Assembly: GCA_002269645.1 (NCBI GenBank)
Contig: NIVC01000862.1
Coordinates: 248,001-312,000 of the forward strand
Origin: Macrostomum lignano
Taxonomy: Eukaryota
Direction of reading: 5' to 3'
Length of the DNA stretch: 64,000 nt
Each line of letters opens with the position of its first letter. Position 1 is the first letter of the stretch. The notes beneath the pieces are model-generated. The model was not told the origin of the DNA. It ran no database searches and was given only the letters and a program-made list of their open reading frames with translations. A program made the position numbers and the translations under genes. Of the stretch, positions 24,903 through 38,699 are shown in pieces.

Positions 24903-25214
24903 CATGGAGGAAAGAACAGAATGAGAGTGCTATTCTGAGCCAGTTATTTTTATCTCGTTCGATTTTCGCTATTACATCCCTTTCCCCCGTTCCTTCCTAT
25001 TGGCTGAAAGCATATTTTGATGCGAGCTCGTAATATGCTGGGACAGAACCTTTCAGAGGGGAACGAATAAACGAAAACGAGACGAAAAATACTTTGTCTA
25101 TGGCAGTCACGAGCCAATGGGAAAGAACGGGAGAAAGGGATGTTAAAATTTAAGATCGAGCGAGACAAAAATAACTTTGTCAGATTAGCACTCCATTCTT
25201 TTCTGTCCTCCATG
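24903..25214. mobile_element. MITE with about 105-bp imperfect TIRs (CATGGAGG...CCTCCATG)
   Basis: About 24903-25008 is an imperfect reverse complement of about 25112-25214; superfamily not assignable. Confidence 0.7.
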
Positions 25215-26374
25215 CACAAAGCTCGATCATTTCGGTGTTTAGCATGAACTTTCAAAGAATTAAAACAAAGTTGTGTCGCCGCATTTTAAAATCAACAAAT
25301 ATTTTATTAACTGACTAATTAAAAATATAAATATTTTTATTTGAATATAAAATCTTGTGTATTTATATTCTAACTACATTTGAGCATTTTGCTGCTATTT
25401 GTGTTGGACATGTACTTTTAATGTCGAACAACGTACAATCCCCTAGTGCCATTTATGTTGCGGGAATGTTGTACAAATGTTGACGCGCAACAAGTGGTAA
25501 ACGTTGCTAGAAGCGACCGTTTGTCGCGCAAAACAACGTTGCAGAATGGTTGACGCATCAACATTGCAAAATCAACATACATCAACATCTGTGCAACATG
25601 TAGTCGTCGTGTCTACTATTAGTAGTATCTAATGTATGTGTATTATTCTATATACTACATATATTTCGTATCACTTTCATTCTATAATATACGACGACTC
25701 TACTATTACACTTGCTTATGTCTTTCTTTCGCATGCCATGCATTAATTTTGGATTGTTGTTAAGGAACTTCTACCGGTAGTAACACTGACTACATAGTAA
25801 AAAATCTGTAGCTTGCACACAGGTTCAAAAATCGAGACTCCTACATCTTGAAATAATACGAAAATACGGCCATGACTTAGCATTTGCTAAAAAGAATAAG
25901 TAAAATAGCAAAAAACGTTTCGATTTAAAGGTCTGCGAAGATTAGCTAATGAGCACCATTAATTTTTTTTGTTTTATCGTAAACACATCAGATCAGACGG
26001 TTACCATTATAGTAGGTCAAGAAAGCAATAAAAATATTTACTACATTAGATGCGCATGATGTGTATCTTTGTGTGTGACTGCAAGCTGCAACCTGCAGTG
26101 TTTCTTTTAATGAATAAAAAAGTTAGCAGGAAAATAAGAGATTCGCAAAACTATTATTAATGGCAACTGCTATTTGCATGCTGGCAAAACAGACATGTCG
26201 TTCAGAAAAGATGCAAAGATAACTAGAGATCTGATGGCGATGATTAAAAACAGCTATAGCCTCCAAAGAGATTCACCTAACCTAGAGCGAGTCTATACTG
26301 ATCTTTGTTCTTAGAACTTAGAACAACTAGTTTTATTAAGCCACCAATCCCGTGAAGTCTGAACTCCTATTTAC

Positions 26375-27044
26375 TCAAAGTTGAGTAAGTGTACAACCGT
26401 CAACGTTGATGACTTCAAATCGTTGGCCGCCATTGTCATTATCTTCGCTGCTGTCGTGAGCGCCCTCGTCGTCAGAACTGCTGTCGCTCTCGCCACTTGC
26501 ATCGCCGTCAGTGTTCATGTCTGCGCCGTCACCTCCGCTTTGCCGAGTGCTCCTTGGGCCTGCAGCCGAGTTCCGAAGTTCTCCAGTCGGACGCTGTGCG
26601 GACTGCTGTGAGCACCTTTTTCGGCGGAACCGAGTGCCTGAGTGGCGCAGATGTTCGCCCACCGCGGATTCAATGGCCTCGCCTTTGGCGTCTTTGTGAA
26701 CACTCCACACGACGTCTAAAAGTAGGTAAATACTGCCCATTAGTTTTGCTTACCCAAAGTAGATTAGTATCTAGATATGGACGTACAGAATTGATATATA
26801 TTTAACTAAGCAGCTTAAATACACATTTTATCATAGAAGAGACAAAATCCTAAGCACCATTATGTTGCTTACTTTTGATAAAAGGCAGCAGGCCAGTTGA
26901 CTCAAAGCAATACTTGGAAACGCCAGAACGCTTGGCACCACGGAGACTGAACTGATGAGCAAGCTTGTCATCCATGATGTGGTATAAGATATTAGCGACG
27001 GACTTCATTAGAGTTTTGCTGGTAAGCCGCTTGAAGAACAGAAA
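26375..27044 (-). CDS. DUF4806-like transposon-associated protein, last two exons (27044-26873, 26715-26375); 5' exons uncertain
   Basis: Spliced in phase 1 to KSVANILYHIMDDKLAHQFSLRGAKRSGVSKYCFESTGLLPFIK-NVVWSVHKDAKGEAIESAVGEHLRHSGTR plus an acidic tail, resembling DUF4806 as I recall it; possible upstream exon near 27910-28050. Confidence 0.5.
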
Positions 27045-27662
27045 CTGAAATGTGTGGAATGAATTCGAATGGTAGACTAGAAATTGAATTAATAAACTAC
27101 AAGACATTACACATTAATAGTCATGTCTTGTAATGTGTTATATTCTCTCATAAAATACATGCGGCAGTTAAGCGGCATCCAGTCGCTTTTGTAAATAACT
27201 GTTATTTTTAGTTTTTAGCTCATCTCATTTAAATTAAATATCTAAATCACCCATCATGTTCCATCACTTATTCCTAGCAATTTAGATGTTTTGTGTAAAG
27301 TATTATAAATGGTATATATTGGCATTAAAAGAATGTTGACAGTTTTTTTGTGGGGCACATATAGTGTTCTGAACTATAGATCTTATACAAAAAATCTATG
27401 ATTTGCAACACTTTTTATTTATAGTTGAAATTTGCTCTTTAATCATTTCTAAGTCTATTTTACATCCAAAATGCAAAAAAACTTATTGATATTTGCAATC
27501 TACACTTTAATCTTTATTTTGGCAGTCTTAGTCTTACTTCTTATAATAAAGGAATGTTTAGACAAACATTTTATGATATAGAGCAATAGGCCTAATATAG
27601 ATATATAAATAGACTATACCAAATGGTATATAATTGAGGCAAACTTGAACTAAAAATAGTTA

Positions 27663-27664
<2 letters not shown>

Positions 27665-27697
<33 letters not shown>
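27665..27697. repeat. (TA)n microsatellite
   Basis: Visible run. Confidence 0.9.
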
Positions 27698-27699
<2 letters not shown>

Positions 27700-29209
27700 C
27701 ATATTTATACCAACAACATGAGTTTGTATTATATTTATATTATAGGGCCTAGCAACATATTATACTAACTAACCTTAAGTATTAGGCCTATACTAACAAA
27801 TGTTTGGCCTAAATAAGGCTAAGCATAACATAATCAAAATACTTTATATATTAGATAAGCATAAAAAATATATATTAGAAACAGAGTTTCATTGCATTAT
27901 TATTTACCTACAACAACTGTGTCTTCACTTAGAGTAGGTGCAGAAGCAGATGGCCCAGACAAAAATACAATATTAGATGCTAGACCACTAAGGGCCTGGT
28001 CCTGATTATTTGCAACTTCAGGTTCAACTTGATCTTTGTCTATCTCTTGGGTAGTTTTGCAAGTTACAATCAAGTAAACAAAAAAAGCTATGGTTGTAAT
28101 CCCAGGAGCAAACAAAAAAACTGGCATTCCCAACTTAATATAGTAGCCAGGCTAAGGCCTAGGCAATAATATTTTTATGTTCTTTAAGTTTAAATTCAAG
28201 GGCTAGTGTAGTAGGAAGAGCTTTGCAACAACAGATTTTTATCTAATTAATTTTAGTTACGTTTTTGTATTCTAGGCCTTCGACTTATGCCAACTTTAAA
28301 GCTAAGCAAACATGCAATAAACCAAATAAAAAGCTAAACAAAAAGTCAAATAGAAAGTTAGGTAAACAGTAGGCCTAAATAGCAACGATTTTTTTTGCAG
28401 CTAGAAATCCGTGTCGATGTGCCTGACGGTAGAAATTAAATCAAGTTGGTTAGTAAAAACTGTAGCAGCTACATTTAACAAATCTTTACGTATACATTAA
28501 AGAAACAGATTCTTCTGAATTAGAATTACATAAATGAATAACTCCGTACAATTTTAATTTAAGGAGCTCCCGAATCTAAACGAGTTGCAATAATTCAATT
28601 GCCAGAAATTCACACATTTGAAATCTTTTTCTATATCAATGTTCCTGCAACAATTCAGCAACATTTTTATGTCAACGTTGATGCCAAGCGCGCGCTGTCA
28701 ACAACGTCAATGTTGCAGCAACTAAAGATGGCACTAGGGGAATGTCTTGGTGCTTGCGGCTCACTTAACTATTATAAAAAATTATCATGGCCAATAAACT
28801 GGACATGCTGATGCCTATCTCTAATTAAAGCAGCGTCCTTTGATATTTGCTCCTGATATCTGTCTTTTTGTGTACATATTAATATCTATTTTATTCGTTC
28901 AGGATGATTTTATATGATTTAATGATTTGTTGATTTTGATGATTTGTATATAATTGTATAATGTGCTATAATACTATATGTCTATGTCCTAGCCTGCTCA
29001 AATTCAAATTATTAATTATGGAGGTATGACGTTATGAATGAGGACAAGAGTTAATGTTAAGAAGTATATTAATATAAATTATCTAGACATATTACCATTG
29101 ATCTGGGTTTTTTTTTTCGCCAGAGATAAGGTGCGAGATCGCACCTTGTGCCAAATTTCAAGGTGCGATTTTAAGGCTCAGAGTGCAATTTCTCTTGAGT
29201 CTTGTTTAG

Positions 29210-32200
29210 AATGTGAGGGTTTCACGAGAGATATTCAGACAGACATTCGAAACGATCGTCTGTAACTTTAAACAAAATTGACCCGCTTCAACCATCTTTT
29301 TGGCAAATACTTACGCAAGTGTTGGGCATCAAATAAGCTTTAATTTATTAACTGAAGTAAAAATCCTTCTGACATACATTGATTTAAAAATTGCTTAGCA
29401 ACACTAGCTCTGATTAGAAATCGCTTTACTGTTGACTAAAATTGTTTTGATCGTAGCAGCCTAAAAGCAGATACTGGATTTAAAAATGCTTCGATTTACT
29501 CTATAAGCATGTCTCAGCTTTAAAATGACACCTCAGGCGTCGCAAAAGACAGCTTTGATGCTGAGATATTTGACACTAAACATGCATTGCTTTGCGCAAT
29601 CTCACATTCAGAAATTTCACTGATTTTTTGTCGATATTTGTGCAGCTGCCGTGTCCTTGTTTTTCATTAGAAACTTGTCAAATTCTAGTCATGTCCAGTT
29701 TAAACCTGGACTTCTCTTAAACTGTCTTAAGTATTTGATTTTTAATGATTCCTGCCTTTATATTGCATAGATTGTACCTGAGTCAGTGAGTCTGTGAGTG
29801 TACATTTGTACATTTGGCAACCAATCATGACTTTTTCACCGCTTTGCGGTTCAAATAAATATACGAGTGTACGAGAAACATGTTCCAACTGTTATTGAGA
29901 GAAATTGACGTCGCGTTTATTAACAGTCAGTGGCAATTAATATGAAGCAAATAGTTTATTGTTATGTTTTTACTTTTTTTGCGTGGCAATTCTGCTATCC
30001 AAATCGGAATGAGGTAAGCGGTGGGAATAAAATAAAAAGGAAGAATTTTTTCTACTGTTGTTGCAACCCAATAGCTATATGTACTTCAAACTTTTTAGAT
30101 TGTACTGCTAAGCTTTCCAATCCCTACGGACTACAGTAGCAGTTCTTAACTTTTTTTCTGTCTTGACTTCTAGACTCGAAATTCGGAACAACCTAAGGAG
30201 CCGCATGAAAATATTTAATTGGATAAAGATATTTTCTAAAAACAGCTCAAGTCGTGACACATCTTCTTCTCACCTCAGTCCATCAACTGCTGCTCCTTCT
30301 GAGACCAAAGCGATCGTGAAAGTAAAACAGATCAGTTTAGATCCCATGGCCATGAATACAACCATTTCAATTGTGAACCTGCTTCGCTTACAAGTACGAG
30401 CACTAGCCTTCCATTTGATGCCATTAGCTCACTTAACTCTGAAATAGTTCAAGGACGGTTCCAAATGTTGAGATCTGACGTAGAAGCAGTCCAATTTGTG
30501 GAAATTTATCAACTGGACTCCATGAATCACTCCAATGAAAGGCGGCGAATAGCTGCAGAATGCGTAAACAAGTTTAAGTGAGTCACAAAAACCCCATTTA
30601 CTGTAACTACATACACTTGTACGTTAGCAAGGCTCCATGCGATGGTTAATAAATGGAGAAGTAGACAAGCATCTGAACAAATATTGAATAAAAATCAGTG
30701 AAGTTTCCGAATGTGCGTTTGAGCAAAGCAATGTTTAGTGTCGAATATCTCAGCATCAAAGCTGTCTTTTGCAATGCCTGAGGTGTCATTTTAAAGCTGA
30801 GACATGCGTATAAGACTTAGAAATCTGAACGGAATTTAAGAGTTCGCTAGCAGAAAGCTAAAAACCAAAAATAGCAACAGCAGAAAGTGCGAGCAAGCGA
30901 AAAGGAGAATGATTAGACAAAATCCGCCCCCAGAGATCAACTATTCATTTCAGCGCAGGCCCGGTTCGGTATGACAGCAGCTGTGCCGACGTGGAGCTGC
31001 CTGACACCGGATCCGCAGAGGCGCTGACGTGGAACCGCCTGAGACCGGACCCGCAGCTGTGCTGACGTGGAGCTCCCGGAATCAACCCGGCCTACCCCGA
31101 CCTGCAGCTGCCTGCATCGACCCAACCCAGCAGAAACTGGAGCCGCCCGGACCCGATCGGGAACGAGATCGAGAGGAGGCCGAGTCCGCACAAGAAGGCG
31201 GGATCGATGAAAGAAAAGGGGTTGGCGCGCCTGCCAACCAACTAGTTTAATGACAATAACTGTACTAGACTCGAGGCTGCGACCTCACTCACCCCAAATT
31301 CCCATGCGTACTGTTGCTATGGTATTTTCTTCCCCTCGGATCGAGGGTTTTAAAGACATTATATATATCGGAGCGGAGCGAGGAAAAAGAATCGCCGCGC
31401 GAGTCAGTTAGAGATTCTATTTGAATTCCGTTACGTTAAACACATTAGAAAACTCATAGTGTTTGTGTTATTTCTTGAGTAGAATCTAAGATAAGGATCC
31501 CGAGAGATCATCACAGCCAGCCAGTATACTGAGTGTCGATAGTCGTTAGGGAGTTATAGCCTTCAAGACATCTAGACTGCAATAATCCGCTAGACCAATT
31601 ATACGAAAAATATAAGTAAAGACAAGAGACATCAAAACTTGAAGCGCTATAATGCGTATAGACATGACTAGAATTTGACAAGATTCTGATGAAAAACAAG
31701 GACATGGCAACTGCACAAATATCGACAAAAAATCAGTGAAATTTCTGAATGTGAGATTGCGCAAAGCAATGCATGTTTAGTGTCAAATATCTCAGCATCA
31801 AAGCTGTCTTTTGCGATGCCTGAGGTGTCATTTTAAAGCTGAGACATGCGTATAGAGTAAATCGAAGCATTTTTAAATCCAGTATCTGCTTTTAGGCTGC
31901 TACGATCAAAACAATTTTAGTCAACAGTAAAGCGATATCTAATCAGAGCTAGTGTTGCTAAGCAATTTTTAAATCAATGTATGTCAGAAGGATTTTTACT
32001 TCAGTTAATAAATTAAAGCTTATTTGATGCCCAACACTTGCGTAAGTATTTGCCAAAAAGATGGTTGAAGCGGGTCAATTTTGTTTGAAGTTACAGACAA
32101 TCATTTTGAATGTCTGTCTGAATGGGTCTCCCTAAAACACGCCCCGCAATGCCCTGCAGCGCTACACATTAAAACAAATTGGACTATAACTAAAGACACT

Positions 32201-32528
32201 TCAGAATGCGTTTTCTGTTAAGCTTCAAGTTTTTATTAAATTTAGTTTTTTTTACTTTGAAATATAAAATTCGGTGAACAATAAGTGATATTAATAATAA
32301 TATTAATAAAATAATAATATTATAATTTAATAATGAAAACGAGAATATAAAAAAGAATAATATTTAAAAAAATAAATAAAGATATTTATTCCATTACTAT
32401 TTTAACTTTTCTTTGCAATCAAATACTGCATTGACAAAAAATGTTATAATGTGTAGCAGTTCGGGGCCCGGTGCGGGGCGTGTTTTAGGGAGCCTTTGTC
32501 TGAATATCTCTCGTGAAACCCTCACATT
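29210..32528. mobile_element. Foldback-type element with about 485-bp highly similar inverted arms
   Basis: 29210-29695 matches in reverse complement 31660-32123 plus 32506-32528; a partial third arm copy at about 30690-30812; no convincing TSD or transposase. Confidence 0.8.
32124..32496. mobile_element. MULE-like MITE (373 bp) inserted in the right arm of the foldback element
   Basis: 9-bp TSD TGTCTGAAT (32115-32123, 32497-32505); TIR core CTCCCTAAAACACGCCCCGCA at both ends. Confidence 0.75.
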
Positions 32529-33649
32529 GCTCACATTTCAGACAACTGGGAATGTATATTTTAATATCTTACATAAGGCTATAGAGCTCTATAGGCTATA
32601 TCGCCTATATGACTTAATAGGATTTAAAGAGTTATTTTGTTTCATATTTTAAGGCAGTGCATAAAAAATAGCTTAAGCATGGTTAAGCCTTTAAAGAAAA
32701 ATGGTTATAAGACCGCACCTAAACCGCACCTAGGCCTACTTTTTTAATTTCAGGGTGCGATTTTAAAATTTGAGGTGCATACGCACACTCTGCGCACAAA
32801 AAAAACTCTGCCATTGATGCCGATGGGCATTGCAAGTTGCAGTTGCAACTAATTTTGTTAATTGTTATTCATAAGTTGTGTAAACTTAAGTCCATTATTT
32901 ATAGACCTAAATAAAATTAACTAGGCCTACACTTGTTCCAAGCCTAAGCAAAAGTAGGGCCTATATCTAATCTAATATACTAAATAAATATTAAACTCTT
33001 GAGTGTAGGCCCTATGCCTAGTCACAGATTAATCCTATATACTAAAAATGAGTTGTCTGTGGGTATGTGGGTATGCGATAGATTTCAGAAAAATTGGCTC
33101 AACCAATTTTCTTCAAACTTGCACCATTCGATCAGAAATTTTCCTGGGACGGTACATGCATCTTGGCTAAGAAATTGCTCAATGTTAAAGGGATTAAATA
33201 TTCAAAAAACATGCTTTTTTGCAAAGGTCAAGCAGCTCTTTTGACCTGAAATGCATTGTAAGAATGCTAGAGAAAAAACTGACTGGCTGAATTTCAATTC
33301 TGATAAAGATTGCATCACAACAAGGTGAAAACAGTGCCACAGAAATGCACACAAGACTTGATTAAAATTGCGTAACCATATTGCTAACTTAAATTAAGAC
33401 TGATACTGGCTGACTGAGAAATTGATTATGTCATAAATTTTTACTCTAACCGACTTGCCATAAGTATTGAATTATAAGGGCCACAATTCATGTGATCCAA
33501 TTGAAAAAAGATAGCCTAGATGCAAACAGACTGGACTGCTAATGTAGCGACCTGGGTTTGAATCTTGGTAGCGCAAAATCATTTTTTTATTAAAATACCT
33601 TAAAAACAAAAACTGCTAAACATAAAAGAAGCGCAATTGGACATTGAAC

Positions 33650-34970
33650 ATACAAAAAACACCATGTCAAACATAAAAGAGCCACCATTTCGAACATAAA
33701 AGAGTTACCATTAAGAACATTAAAGAGCCACTATGTCGAACATTAAAAAGCCACCATGTCAAACATTAAAGAGCCACCATTTCAAACCTAAAAGAGCCAC
33801 CACGTCGAACATTAAAGATCCACCATGTCAAACATAAAAGAGCCACCATATCAAACATAAGAGTTACCAGGTCAAATATTTAAGAGCCACCATGTTGAAC
33901 ATTAAAGAGCCACCATGTCGAACATAAAAGAGCCACCATATCAAACATAAAAGAGTTACCATGTCAAACATTAAAAGGCCACTTTGTCTAACATTAAAGA
34001 GCCACCATGTAAAACATTAAAGAGCCACTATGTCAAACATAAAAGAGCCATCATGTCAAACATTTAAGAGCCACCATCTCAAACATATATGTGACTTTAT
34101 GTCAAACTTTAAAGAGCCACCATTTCAAACATTAAATAGCCACTTTGTCAAACATTAGAGAGCCGCCGTGTCAAACATAAAAGAGCCACCAGGTTAAACA
34201 TTAAAGAGCCACCATGTCAAACAATAAAGAGCCACCATGTCAAACATAGGCCCTAGAAGAGCCACCATGTAAAATATAAAGGAGCCACCATGTCAGACAT
34301 TAAAAGCCACCGTGTCAAACATAAAAGAGCCACCAGGTTAAACATTAAAGAGCCACCATGTCAAACAATAAAGAGCCACCATGTCGAACATAAAAGAGCT
34401 ACCATGTCAAACATTTAAGAGCTACCATGTCAAACATTTAGGAGCTACCATGTCAAACATTAAAGAGCCACTATGTCAAAACATAGAAGAGCCACCATGT
34501 CAAACATATATGTGACTCCATGTCAAACAGTAAAGAGCCACCATGTCAAACAAAAAAGCCACTATTTCGAACATTAAAGAGCCACCATTTCAAACAGTAA
34601 AGAGCAACCATGTCAAACATAAAAGATACATCATGTCAAACATTAAAGAGCCGCTTTGTCTAACATTAAAGAGCCACCATGTCAAACATAAAAGAGCCAC
34701 CATTTCGAACAGCAAAGAGCCACCATGTCAAACAATAAAAAGCCACTTTGTCTAACATTAAAGAGCCACTATGTCAAACATAGAAGAGCCACCATGTCAG
34801 ACATTGAAAAGCCACTGTATCAAACATAAAAAAGCCACCATGTCAACATAAAAGAGCCACCATGTCAACATAAAAGAGCCACCATATCAAACATTAAAGA
34901 GCCACCATGTCAAACATAAAAGATACACAATTTCAAATGTAAAAGTAAGCGAATTTTAAAGGAGCCACTA
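33650..34970. repeat. About 23-bp satellite (AAAGAGCCACCATGTCAAACATT)n, degenerate, about 57 copies
   Basis: Visible unit with many variants. Confidence 0.93.
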
Positions 34971-35009
34971 TAATGCTAAGGAAATTGTCGCACTAGCTAC
35001 TAACTGTCT

Positions 35010-35690
35010 GGTGGATGCTTGCTATTTGGGGATGCTATCTATCTGGGGGATGCTTGCTCTCTAGAAGATGCTTGCTATCTGGGGGATGCTTGCTATCTGG
35101 GGGAAGCTTGCTATCTTGGGGATGCTTGCTATCTGGGGTGGGGGGGTTCTTGCTATCTGGGGGAAGCTTGCTATTTGGGGATGCTATCTATCTGGGGGAT
35201 GCTTGCTATCTGGGGGATGCTTGCTATCTGGGGGATGCTTGCTATCTGGGGGTGAGGGGGTTCTTGCTATCTGGGGGATGCTTGCTATTTGGGGGATGCT
35301 ATCTATCTAGGGGATGCTTGCTATCTAGGGGATGCTTGCTGTCTTGGGGGGGTTCTTGCTATCTGGGGATGCTATCTATCTGGGGGATGCTTACTATCTG
35401 GGGGATGCTTGCTATCTGGGGGATGCTTGCTATCTGGGGGATACTTGCTATCTGGGGGATGCTTGCTATCTGGGGGATGCTTGCTATCTGGGGGTGGGGG
35501 GTTCTTGCTATCTGGGGGAAGCTTGCTATTTGGGGGATGCTATCTATCTGGGGGATGCTTGCTATCTGGGGGATGCTTGCTATCTGGGGGTGAGGGGGTT
35601 CTTGCTATCTGGGGGATGCTTGCTATTTGGGGGATGCTATCTATCTAGGGGATGCTTGCTATCTGGGGGATGCTTGCTGTCTTGGGATGA
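35010..35690. repeat. About 18-bp satellite (GGGGATGCTTGCTATCTG)n
   Basis: Visible unit with recurring higher-order variant blocks. Confidence 0.93.
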
Positions 35691-38600
35691 TTTCTTTTTG
35701 CATTGCACTTCATTTAAGTATTTTGTCTGTTTTCTTTGTGAATGCTTTATTTGTCTATCTTTTTGTTACTTGTAGAGAGCAGAGATTCTATACAGATGTC
35801 CCCCAACGGGGGGCGAAGATTGCTAGTATATGCTAATTTTAATAAGTTTGTATTTTAAGAGTCAAGAGTCCTAAGCTAGGGGTTGTAGGCTTGTGACTCA
35901 TAATTGAGAAAAAGGAATTAAAGATGTGACAGGCCTTCTGGCTCTGTCTTTCTAAACTTCTAACTAGGCCTATTGATGCTAGTGTTTATTAAATATCCTA
36001 CAAACTGCCACCAAAGTTGTACAGGGGTTGTTCCCGTCTGCTTAACTAAAGTTATCCTGATTGCACTTCTATTTTCACTCCCTAACTGTTTCTTAGAATC
36101 TCATATATTTTCTGGGTAGCGTTCTTAGTATATTCTGGTAGCATTCTTAGTATATGGTCTGGTAACGTTCTTTAGTATATGGCCTGAGCGGTCTTACTAG
36201 TATATTGTACTTTCTCTCTCCAGTCTGGGCGTTACCGAGATTAGAGGGTCACAGCAATTACTCTTAGTACTACTCTTTGCATGAATCCCAAGTGCAACCT
36301 TCAACCTTCTTCACAATACTCTTAGAAATGAACAATGATCTGAGAAAGATTTATTGAACACGTTTTGAGCTTATAGCTAGTGAACGAGTTATTCTTCCAT
36401 CCCTTTGGCTCTCCTATTTATACCAATCAATCGCGTATATTTAAAACAAACTCTTACAACTTGAGAATATTTTGCGTATTATAACAAAAGAATATTAATT
36501 TTTGCGCTAGTTCAAAAACAATAATTCCTAGAAATAAGGTACCGCTACTACAAAGATAAGGCAACACATTGCATCTCTTGTTTTGAGGAATTATTAAAAT
36601 TTAAAACTTTATAAATTATTTTACTTTGAAAGAATCAATCGGCCTAACTTAAAAAAATGGGTTTATAGAACAAAAATTTAGAAGCATTGATTCTGATAAA
36701 CTTAGTTGAGTAACTTGAGTTGTTCCTGTTTACTATATTTGCATATTTCATTTCATTTCATAAACACTGATGCAAAATGCAAGTAAGCATGTTATAAGCA
36801 TATTATAAGCATATCACTAAAGCATATTATAGCCCCCTAGAGACCCTAAATGAAGGTTTAGGGTTTAGTCTGGGGATCCCTGGATAGAAAATTTTTTTAA
36901 ACATCTTTAGTATTAGTAAAACTAAATATATGAATGAAAGAATTATAGTAGATCTGTTTTTGAGTACTTGAATTATTGCTCATTTGTTTTCCTTTATTTA
37001 TAAAAAAGTTATTAAAGATTTAGTATATTTAGAAGATTATTCACTAAGTCTACAATTAAAAAGTATAAAAGTATTGCAATTGCAATTACTTTATTTGAAT
37101 TTTTAATGTACTTTTTTATTATTATAGAATCTGATTTTCAATTTATCCAATCTAGTCAAATTCATTCATTCAATCAATCCAAAGTACAAAGTCCAAACCT
37201 ATTTATTAATATGTTTATATGTTTCTTTTATAAAATACATTATATTTCAATGAGCAAATGCTAAAAAGAAAAGAAATTTAAGAAGTGGAAAAATTTTTGT
37301 ATTGTTTATTTGAACTTTGTATATTATCTTTTTGAATATTCAATCAGTTTTATGCATATGTTCACAAACCATAGACAACCAAAATCACAATCACATATAA
37401 AGTGATACAACATAAATCTGCAATAAAAAAGTATGTTTTAGACAAAATGAACTAATATTTTAGTATACCAGATGTTCTTCAATATATATAGATGAAGGTA
37501 TAAATATATGATATATAAAAATGCAAAAAACGTAGCAAAAGTACCATTTCTTACCACATTTGCAGTTTTAGTCTTTTAATGTCTGGGGAATTGGCAATCC
37601 CTAGTTGCCATGATAGTGTCAAATTTAGTTTTTTATATTTCTTAGATAATTTGCATTCAAAGTATATAGTCTAATTAACTTAATAAATACTTAAAATTAT
37701 CCTATTCTTTTTAACACTTAAAAGTTTGATTTACTTATACTTTAAAAAGAAAAAAAGAATTTTTAGGCCTTAATTCTTATTCCTATTTTTACTCTATTCC
37801 TGCAATTTGCATATTCTCACTATGCTTTGACTTTCATCCTGCACTATTAAAGACAGTCTTTTAGTGCAAAGACAAAATACTTAGTTATTACTTTATAAAC
37901 TGTCAACTTTTATCTTCAAGCAATTGACAACTTAGATTAATCAACTTCTTTATCTTGTAAATAGTACCTTTAATATTGCAATCTTATCTTTACTCATTAT
38001 AAATTAAATTTCTAATCATACAAGTTTAGCTACAGAAAAATAGCAATTCCCTTTTATTACTATAGGGAATTTGGCTAGATATTGAACACCTTGTGTTTCT
38101 AGTAGTAAGTGGTAAATAATAACAATTATTTACCCTATTGGAATAAGTCCTCAAAGTCTGCTAATGGGTACTAAGCATTATACACTTTGCCCACTAAGTG
38201 TGTCAAGCATGATACACTTTATATAAAAAAGCCTAGGAATAATTTTGTTACATACTCACATACATATAAACAACATGTCAGTTTTAGTATATTGAGGGGC
38301 AAATAGGTAAACAGTGGTAGTTAAAAGCAGTGTGACCACAGAGCATTTTGAAAACAATTGAGCAGGACAAATTTTTTTGAGCAGCAACATTAGGCTTTTT
38401 TTTAAAAAAAATTGCTTCATATGAAATAATTAACAAACAGAAAACAAAAAAATTTACATTCCTAGTCACAAAAACCTTTTAAAAACTTTTTTTGAAGCCA
38501 GTGATATTTTATTATTAACTTAGACAACAACCCTGTGACACTGACACAATTTTATGTATTTCCAAATTCTAGACTTCCCACTTCACTGCACCAATTTCAA

Positions 38601-38699
38601 ATCATTCAGTCTCAAATCATATCTCAAATAATGTCTTAACTCAAATGAAATTATGTCTTAACTCAAATTAATATAGACATTAAGTTTTTACTAACTAGT

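Larger units (their letters stand above)
25440..28740. mobile_element. CMC/EnSpm-like DNA transposon, non-autonomous, 3301 bp
   Basis: TIRs CCCCTAGTGCCAT / ATGGCACTAGGGG, AAT on both flanks (25437-25439, 28741-28743), dense TGTTGC/GCAACA subterminal repeats at both ends; no transposase ORF inside. Confidence 0.75.
33033..35826 (+). mobile_element. Non-autonomous Helitron-like element, about 2.8 kb
   Basis: A|TC 5' end at 33033, CTAG|T 3' end at 35826, hairpin CCCCC-AAC-GGGGG (35800-35812) about 10 nt upstream of CTAG; no TSD; no Rep/helicase. Confidence 0.7.

Noticed and set aside
33520-33580. tRNA-like fragments with B-box-like motifs (also about 46285-46345)
   Set aside because: No complete cloverleaf or acceptor stem; at most decayed SINE heads.
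36230-36551. Possible solo LTR (minus-strand TATAAATA and AATAAA, ends in CA)
   Set aside because: No TG start, no TSD and no second copy in the window.
36858-36870. TTTAGGG telomere-like motif
   Set aside because: Only one full unit.
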